64,000 nt of DNA from Octopus vulgaris (Eukaryota): contig OX597826.1 of assembly GCA_951406725.2 (NCBI GenBank), positions 60,946,001 to 61,010,000 of the forward strand. Reading direction: 5' to 3'. The stretch's first letter is position 1. Each line of letters starts with the position of its first letter. Under the pieces are notes generated by a model. The model saw nothing but the letters and a program-made list of their open reading frames with translations. It searched no databases and was not told the DNA's origin. This document shows positions 55,621-64,000 of the stretch, piece by piece. Made by a program: the position numbers and the translations under genes.

Positions 55621-56107
55621 TATTATTATTATTTCTGTAGTTGTTGTTGCTGCTGTTGTTTAAGCCTCTTCACTTTTTTGTAAACAGTAGCTTCATTTCG
55701 AATGAATTTCTTGATTACTCTTATTTCTTTTCAGTTGCTCGCTTCTAATGAAGAGCATTCTCACTAACAGTTTTTAATTGCTGTTTCACGGTCATTATTT
55801 TTTATATTCTAATGTTCTTTCTTTTCTGCTCCAAAACGTATCTTTTACTCTTTTACTTGTTTCAGTCATTTTTCTATCTTCGGTTTTTTTTTATATATTT
55901 TTTTAACAGTTTCTGTTTGTGGGAAGTGTGTGCATATATTTGTTGTTTACTGACAAATGTCAACACATAGTTGATGGTCCACCGTAGATCAACAATCTGT
56001 TTTTTGTTTTGTTTTGTTTTGCTTTGTTTTTTGGTGGTTTTTGGTTCGTTATTGTTTCGTAGTTTTGTACTGTGCTGTGGTTGTCTATTTCCTATTATGT
56101 AGATGGA

Positions 56108-56480
56108 GGCGCAATGGCCCAGTGGTTAGGGCAGCGGACTCGCGGTCATACGATCGCGGTTTCGATTCCCAGACCGGGCGTTGTGAGTGTTTATTGAGCG
56201 AAAACACCTAAAGCTCCACGAGGCTCCGGCAGGGGATGGTGGTGATCCCTGCTGTACTCTTTCACCACAACTTTCTCTCACTCTTACTTCCTGTTTCTGT
56301 TGTACCTGTATTTCAGAGGACCGGCCTTGTCACTCTCTGTGTCACGCTGAATATCCCCGAGAACTACGTTAAGGGTACACGTGTCTGTGGAGTGCTCAGC
56401 CACTTACACGTTAATTTCACGAGCAGGCTGTTCCGTTGATTCGGATCAACCGGAACCCTCGTCGTCGGAGCGCTTCCAGT
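56108..56480 (+). mobile_element. tRNA-derived SINE family C, tail type 1
   Basis: Head GGCGCAATGGCCCAGTGGTTAGGGCAGCGGACTCGCGG...GGTTTCGATTCC (tRNA-like, A and B boxes). Tail GAGAACTACGTTAAGGGTACAC...CACGAGCAGGCTGTTCCG. Confidence 0.85.
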
Positions 56481-56588
56481 CCATTATGTTGATACGGCTA
56501 TAGAATTGTGGAAAAGGAACATAAGCAGGTGTGTATTTGTCAAAATGGTAGGATATAAATTTACTGTGTGTTCTACATACTGTGTAGA

Positions 56589-56900
56589 GGCGCAATGGCC
56601 CAGTGGTTAGGGCAGCGGACTCGCAGTTGTAGGATCACGGTTTCGATTCCCAGACCGGGCGTTGTGAGTGTTTATTCAGCGAAAACACCTAAAGCTCCAC
56701 GAGGCTCCGGCAGAGGGTAGTGGCGATCCCTGCTGTACTCTTTCACCACAACTTTCTCTCCCTCTTTCTTCTGTTGGCCTGCTCGCTTAGCCAGCTGGGT
56801 GGCGTCATTTGAAGGCTAAAACAATGCGAAGCGCATTGTGACTAGCGATGTGTAGCAACATATGATAGCCTGGTCGGTCACGATGATCACGATGATGATA
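56589..56900 (+). mobile_element. tRNA-derived SINE family C, tail type 2
   Basis: Same about 175-bp head as 56108 with a different 3' half (GGCCTGCTCGCTTAGCCAG...GGTCGGTCACGATGATCACGATGATG). Confidence 0.85.
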
Positions 56901-57937
56901 AATACTGTATCCCTACATCGTTAGTGACTATCATGATTAGAATCTGTAGGTCCTTTATCAAACGTATACACATATTGTAGTGTCTTACAACGGTCGTTTT
57001 AGGAACGGATCAATTTAATTTTGAAACATTTTAAGAATATCTTTCCAGTGTTATTTTTTTGCTCAACCCACTCGTGATACGCTTAACATCGTAGCTGCTG
57101 TTTTAATCACTGTGAGATCGATGTGGACGCTTCAGTGCCGTTACGAGCTGACATATGAGGTAGCATTAGCCAAGCTGGGCAAGTTTGTCTTTTTATCTCG
57201 ATGCTGTAATTGTTAAAGAGATGTGTACTCAACATTAGGCAGAAAAAATGTTGATCATTTACTGTTATTTGTGCACTCCACTCACTTTTAAGAATATAAT
57301 TAAAATCAGCAAGCTTAATCCTGCGTTCAACAAATGTCGCATTCTAACGTATTTGTTTTGTTGTGAAATAATTTAGCCCTGGGTGAAGTTCGTTCAAATA
57401 TATTTTCATTCTATTCACAGAGCAATTACAGAAGTCATTATTGAGTTCGTAACTCCAAGAAAAATGCACTTTATAATTTCGATTTCTTCAGCAACTACAA
57501 CTAATAAGATTTTGTACACCTTCTCTCACATTCTCTTACTTACTTCGGTTCTTCTCCGACGCCAGTGTTAGTGTTATGTCTAGCCTTGTTGTTTATAGTG
57601 GTTCTCTGCACGATAGATATTTGTGAGGCAAATATCACTACGATCTTGAAGGAAGACTTTCTCTGTAAATGTGATCAGAAATACAACTAGTTATTTAACA
57701 AGAAAGTTCGTTGTGTTATTAAAGCTGGTAATCACCAAAATCTCAATGAACAGCCTCTTATGCCATATATGTAACTGTTCATTCTCATTATGCATGTATA
57801 TATGCATATAAGTATACATGTACGTATGTAACTACGGTACATACGCATGTATGTATAAATGTATGTATGTTCAATCTGCATTTGTGTATACATGCATCAT
57901 ACGTACATAAGCTAGATAGATATATATATATAGATAT

Positions 57938-58042
<105 letters not shown>

Positions 58043-58166
58043 CAGCTAGCTAGTTTTCTTTTAGCCGTCGAAATTTTTGAATGAATTTTGACCAAATGTA
58101 GGTTTTTCTCTCATCTACGCAGACATCCACTCTTTACAGTCATAGAAAGTCTTGCAGAATGTTACA

Positions 58167-58384
58167 GCGTGGGAGTGGCTGTGTGGTAGGCGTAGGAGTG
58201 GCTGTGTGGTAAGTAGCTTGCTTACCAACCACATGGTTCCGGCTTCAGTCCCACTGCGTGGCACCTGCGTGGCACCTTGAGCAAGTGTCTTCTACTATAG
58301 CCTCGAGCCGACCATGTGAGTGGATTTGGTAGACGGAAACTGAAAGAAGCCCATCGTATATATGTATATATATATGTGTGTGTA

Positions 58385-58424
<40 letters not shown>

Positions 58425-58620
58425 TGTGTTTGTTCCCCCAACATCGCTTGACAACCGATGCTGGTTTGTTTACACCTGCGTAACCTAGCGGTTCGGCAAA
58501 AGAGACCGATAGAATAAGTACTAGGCTTACAAAGAATAAGTCCCGGGGTCGATTTGCTCGACTAAAGGCGGTGCTGCTCCAGCATGGCCACTGTCAAATG
58601 ACTGAAACAAGTAAAAGAGT
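58167..58620 (+). mobile_element. tRNA-derived SINE family A with short internal duplications
   Basis: Duplicated head GCGT(G/A)GGAGTGGCTGTGTGGTA and duplicated CTGCGTGGCAC. Full core and tail. Confidence 0.9.
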
Positions 58621-61327
58621 AGGTATCAGAGAGAGAGATCATCCATATCGTATAAATTACGAAACTAGTTTTTTTGCTCAGTGTATCCAAAATCATATTT
58701 TGATTTATGCGGGTTAGCATATAACTTGTCCCTCCAGTAATAATAGGTATAAAGTTCAAGTGTGTTTTGGCCACAGGATTTGCAGACTCTTCGTCAAGGG
58801 TCCATAAGTATCGAATTCCTCTTGTATTTTCCCTGTCTCATTGTTGACTTCTACAACAGAGCATGTTGCGTGTGCTTGTGTGAGCGTGTGCTTGTGTGAG
58901 CGTGCGCGTGTCCGTATGTGTTCTGTCTCAAAACAATATTATCACGTTGGCTGTGTTTTAATTTGACTGTTTTTATTCATAGTTTGGTTTGTACCAATAT
59001 TTACTTGTTCCATCAGTCTCAGTAGATTTATCTTTATTCAATGTTATCGTATTATTTTTCAATCTATTCCACATTGTCCTGGTTATCACATCATGTTTTA
59101 TGGTAAGAAAGCATCAAGAGAACATTCTCTCTCAGTTAGCAATGAGATGCTTAGTTAGAATCTTCAGATTTTTTGTTTTGCATGATCTGATGCCAGCTGA
59201 TATCTTCTGTCTTTAAACAGAATACATCTGATGAGAATTTCTTGCTCCTGGATCGTATGGAAGTAATTTTCAAGCTAAAATGTTAGAAGCTTTTCAGAAT
59301 TCTGTTTCAAGCTTTTCATGTGGTTCATTCCCGCTAATTTGCTAGTTTTGTGTGTTTGTACTTTTTCGGGTTCTTGTTGACTTGTTTACTTTCGAAGTAA
59401 GTAGACTGGTCAATAGACACTTAGAAAGCAAACTGGTCTATTTGGGGGAATTAATAATTATTTTTTGTGTCCCTTAGATTACCTGTCTCCCACGAACTTT
59501 ATTAACAATCCTAATTTTTTTTGGTTTCTCTGCTAGAAAATTTGAGTGAAATGGTTGCTGAGATTTTTCCCCACTAGAGACGCCGCTTGAGTATTATTAT
59601 TCAGGTTTCATATGAAGTCAATATAGATTCATTCTCTCATCTGTCTTCTTTATGTGGAAAATATAAAATGTCTACATAGCATTTAATAGTAATTTATGAA
59701 AGTTATGCACTTTGTAAAGAAATTGTTCATTGTCGACGCTTCTGCTGCTGTTTAGCTCCAGATCAAATTTGTTGGAGAGCACATTTTAGCGGTGACCATT
59801 CGACCTTGTCAGACACATTTTCTCTTGAAAACATCCTTCAAAGACATCATACCAATCTTACCTCATTTTTAAAGCACACAACTATAAACTACACAATCGC
59901 TTCAAGCGAAAAGTCTCATTGCTACTAAGGGTTACTTCTGTCGAATACACATCTTTAATACAGCAAACAGTGCACATCAAAAATTGGCGGGGTTCTTTTG
60001 TTGTTGCTTGTTTTTCAGATCACAAAATGATTTTAACTCACGCCATCTACAATACGCACAGAAGACAAACAGTTATGTGATGCTCCGACGTCTAGGGTAG
60101 TTTCGTTGTTACATACAGATACATTTTTGACACCACAAAGATATACAGACCAATTGAAAACTTGATTTCGGACTATTCACAGCCAAACACCGAACTGCAC
60201 ACACGCTGTCTTATCTCTCTGCCTTTGCCATAGGTAATACAACAGCATCTAATCCACAGAACTGGGTAGTTTAGAGTCACTTCTACTCAACCACACCGAA
60301 TCCATGCGTCTTTTTTCTTCTTCACCCTTGATATCTCCATTCGCCACCCAAAGTCACATTGTAATTAGTATACCAGATAATTTCAACTCTGAACGTCGGT
60401 CCTCAAAAATGCTTTATCTCGGTGCCTTTCCTACAGCTGTTCCTTTATAACGGCTTAAACAAAGCGTTAATGGCATTACTCATATCAATTATTTAGTGCC
60501 TGCAAAGACCATCTGCATAACAACTTTCTCCAGCCAGATTAATAAAAGAAATTACAGTATATTCACTACATCTTTTTACAATGGGTGTAGTATAACCTAA
60601 GAGAGACTTGGCTGTTATTTTTAACCTATACAATGTGGCTTATCATTAACACGTTTTATTTTCGAAGATAGTACAGAGCTGTTGTATTGTTACAGACTAA
60701 CAAAAGAGTAAACCAAATTTATCAGAATTTAAATACAAATAGTCATATTTTTACAGAGAAGGCCATGATGACATTTTGTGGCTTTCATTCTTTAATCATT
60801 TACCTAACAACGAACAATTCAACAAACAACACAGTTTGTTCTGTTTTCTTTTGTTGGAAATTTTTTCTGTCGGAGAAAATGAAGAAGCAGTGAGTGAAAG
60901 GTGTCAACTGATTCAGCCAGCCGAAGTAATTCTATCTACTAGACAAACAACAAAAACACAAAACAAACAATGTTTTAATAATATAGTAGTATATAGAAGA
61001 AAACATGTAAACATGTCTACACCTTCTCTCTTATTCTCTCTTCCACTCTCTCTCTCTCTCTCTCTCTCTGACATTTTCTCTCTCATTCCTTTTCTCTCAC
61101 TCTCTCTCAGTCTCTCTCCCACACTCTTTCTTCTCTCTCTTTTTTACCTTTTCTTTCTCTTTCCTTGTCTATCTATATTTCTCTTCCTCTCACCAAAGCC
61201 TAACGTTCTCATGAAAACAAACAAAAAATGTATAGAATATTAGATAAGAAAACTGGAGTGCAGGTAAAAAAATATATATAAAGATACGCATTTAGAAAAA
61301 CACAAGCTCAAAAGCATACATATACGA

Positions 61328-61337
61328 GATATATATA

Positions 61338-61373
<36 letters not shown>

Positions 61374-61568
61374 TGTATGTATGGATGTATGTATGTATGT
61401 ATGTATGGATGGATGGATGGATGTATGTATGTATGTATGTATGTTTGTATGCATGTATGTATATGTATATATATATACTTACATATGTGTATATATATAT
61501 ATGATAATTTTTTGTATTATATATACATATATATACACACACACACATATATATATATATGTATATGC

Positions 61569-61605
<37 letters not shown>

Positions 61606-61900
61606 ATAAATACACACACATATATATATATAAGCAGTAAATACACATACACGTGTATATGCAATAAATACATATACAGATATATATATGCATGTATGTA
61701 TGTATTCTAATACATATAAATCTGTACATAGTCACATTGAATGTATACGCATATGTGTTTGTGTGTATATATGTATGTGTGTATATATACATATACACAC
61801 ACACACATATATATATATACATATATATATATGTATGTATGATTATGTATGTATATATATGTATGTGTGTATATATGCATATTTGTATACATAGATACAT
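61328..61900. repeat. (TA)n/(TATG)n microsatellite field
   Basis: Directly visible. Confidence 0.9.
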
Positions 61901-62643
61901 TCAAACGCTAGAATATAAACAAAAATATATAGAATATAACAAAGCAAAGCGACAAAATTACATAGAATCCAGAAAAAGAGAAAATGAAAATAAGTATTAA
62001 AAATAATCAAAGAAAATGTAGCCAACATCACATTACTTGAAAAAGTAATGGAGTATTATGGCAAATGACTTTGCGAAGAAATGTTGGCACTGCGATGAAT
62101 CACGTGGTATAGAATATTCAATCAACGACGTAAATTGCTCAGAGTTTCGAAGACATTCTTTTACGATTAGCTTTTACCGTAGGATATCAGTGCATAAATT
62201 TCAACTCATTTTGACGCAACAAGTAAAAATGGTAGTGAAATCACATCTAACATATTAGTTAGACCGCCATGATGGATTAGGAAAAAGCGAGAAAATTGAT
62301 TTGTCAGTAGTAAGATTTGTTGTTGATTTGTTTAACTGGACGTTTTACCTCGCAGTCAGTTCGTCGTAATTTATCGAATGTTTAAATGTTGGCAACTGCA
62401 TTTACAATAAAGTGTTAGTTATTTATGAGAATGGAAACCAATTGAAAAATCTAGGGAATGTTAACAACAGATAATTGAGTCTATACGCGAGGGAGAAAGA
62501 GAGAGATAGAGAAAGAGAGAAAGAGAGAGAAAAATAAACAACTAGACAGACAGAGTGAGTGACAGATATATATATATATCCATCTATCTCTTTCACACTT
62601 TCTTTTTATCTCTCTCCTTCACTTCTTCACTATCACTCTATAG

Positions 62644-62697
<54 letters not shown>

Positions 62698-63169
62698 CTA
62701 TAGAGTGGTAGTGAGGAAGTGAAGGAGAGAGATAAAAAGAAAGTGTGAAAGAGATAGATGGAGAGATACAGATAAAGATTGTATGTGACAGACAGATAGA
62801 GCCAAAGGGAGATGAGGAGATTGAAAAGAGAAAGAAGAGATAGAAAGGAGAAAGAAAGAAAGAGATAGAAAGGATATAGAAGAGAGAATAAGAAAGAGAA
62901 GCAATGTGAATCTAAATGTGAGTGAGAGATGGAAATCTTGGGGATAAAAAAGCAATAAGAGAAACTAAAAATTCTAAGTAAGTTGTAAATAACTATAGCT
63001 ATGTATGTGTGTGTGTGTGTATATATAAGTGCAAGCGTGTTGTTACAGATATGTGTATATTTGTGTATATTTTTGTACACATGTATGCATGTATGAATTA
63101 TGTATATTTACACATGTATTTATACACGCACATACACCGCTCAGGCACACACACAAAAACACACGTATT

Positions 63170-63212
<43 letters not shown>

Positions 63213-63404
63213 ATATATTCATCCATACAAATCAAGTAACATATGTTAAAGTAAGAAGTACTCGATATAAGAGTTATAGAATTTAAATATTTGTGTATTA
63301 ATAAAAAGCCGTTGTTCTGTACGGTTTCCTTGGAGTTCCATGGTATTCGGTTTTGATCTAGCATCAAACCTGTGGATGGCATCAATTAATTGATGAGCAG
63401 ATAG

Positions 63405-63850
63405 CATCTCGAAAGAGTCCAGAAGCTGGCTACCCGCATGGTTCATGGTCTCAAAAATTTGTCCTACGAAGAAAGGCTGAGGACGCTCGACCTTTATTCT
63501 CTTGAAAACGCCGCCGCCGTGGTGATCTCATTTCGCCCACAACATCATAAGCGGAAAGTGTAACCTCTCGAAAGAGCTGTTCTTCACTCCTGCTCCAGAG
63601 CGTCGGCTGCGGGGTCATTCCGAAAAGCTCTACCTGCGACGATTTCATCTCAATCGAAGGAGAGGAGCTTTCTCCGTCCGGGTTGCGGATCCGTGGAACA
63701 AGCTGCCAGACGAGATGGTGAAGATGCCGACGACCGCTTTGTTCAAAGCCTCCCTGGACCTCAAGTGGCCTGAACTCTTTACATGAACACCACCCTGTAC
63801 TTAACTCCATGTCCCCCTACATGGCCTTGCTATTTGCTTTTGAGCCAAAT

Positions 63851-63887
<37 letters not shown>
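63405..63887 (+). mobile_element. CR1-clade LINE 3' end with (TAAC)n tail
   Basis: HLERVQKLATRMVHGLKNLSYEERLRTLDLYSLE/RRRRGDLI...LRGHSEKL...FSVRVADPWNKLP...FKASLD. It has a frameshift, a short 3' UTR and (TAAC)n. Confidence 0.92.
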
Positions 63888-64000
63888 TATTCCTGAGTAG
63901 AACAGTTAAAGCGCAATGGGAAGAATTTAATTAGTAAAGATGACAAAATATTGAGAAAAGAAGATAACGATAGATTATTACGCAGGTTATGTCCCTTGCA

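Noticed and set aside
56108-56180. Functional tRNA genes here and at 56589, 28951 and 10820-10889
   Set aside because: The tRNA-like heads continue into SINE bodies, and the acceptor and anticodon stems do not pair properly.
60060-60110. LDVGASHN aspartyl-protease-like motif on the minus strand
   Set aside because: It is an isolated 8-residue match with no flanking gag, RT or LTR evidence.

Overview
AT-rich eukaryotic (animal) intergenic or intronic DNA. The very high density of (TA)n/(TACA)n/(GATA)n/(TAA)n microsatellites and the tRNA-derived SINE families point to a coleoid cephalopod, probably Octopus (inference, not verified). I could not recognise any host protein-coding gene. Most ORFs in the supplied track are translations of microsatellites. 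The window is a transposon graveyard. It holds one full-length mariner with perfect TIRs, other mariner/Tc2/piggyBac-like remnants, a clean non-autonomous Helitron and a decayed Helitron helicase. It also holds LINE 3' ends (RTE, CR1, R4/Dong), two Penelope-like GIY-YIG remnants, many SINE copies and a U6 snRNA pseudogene. Three signals stand out. (i) Several unrelated short Penelope-like terminal-repeat remnants sit in (TA)n tracts, carry minimal type-I hammerhead ribozyme folds with non-canonical cores, and are often arranged as inverted repeats or palindromes. (ii) An RTE-type LINE ORF ends in three tandem C2H2 zinc fingers. (iii) One SINE forms in-register head-to-tail multimers with the same junction at three loci. 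All coordinates were read by eye, and no alignment, folding or database search was run.
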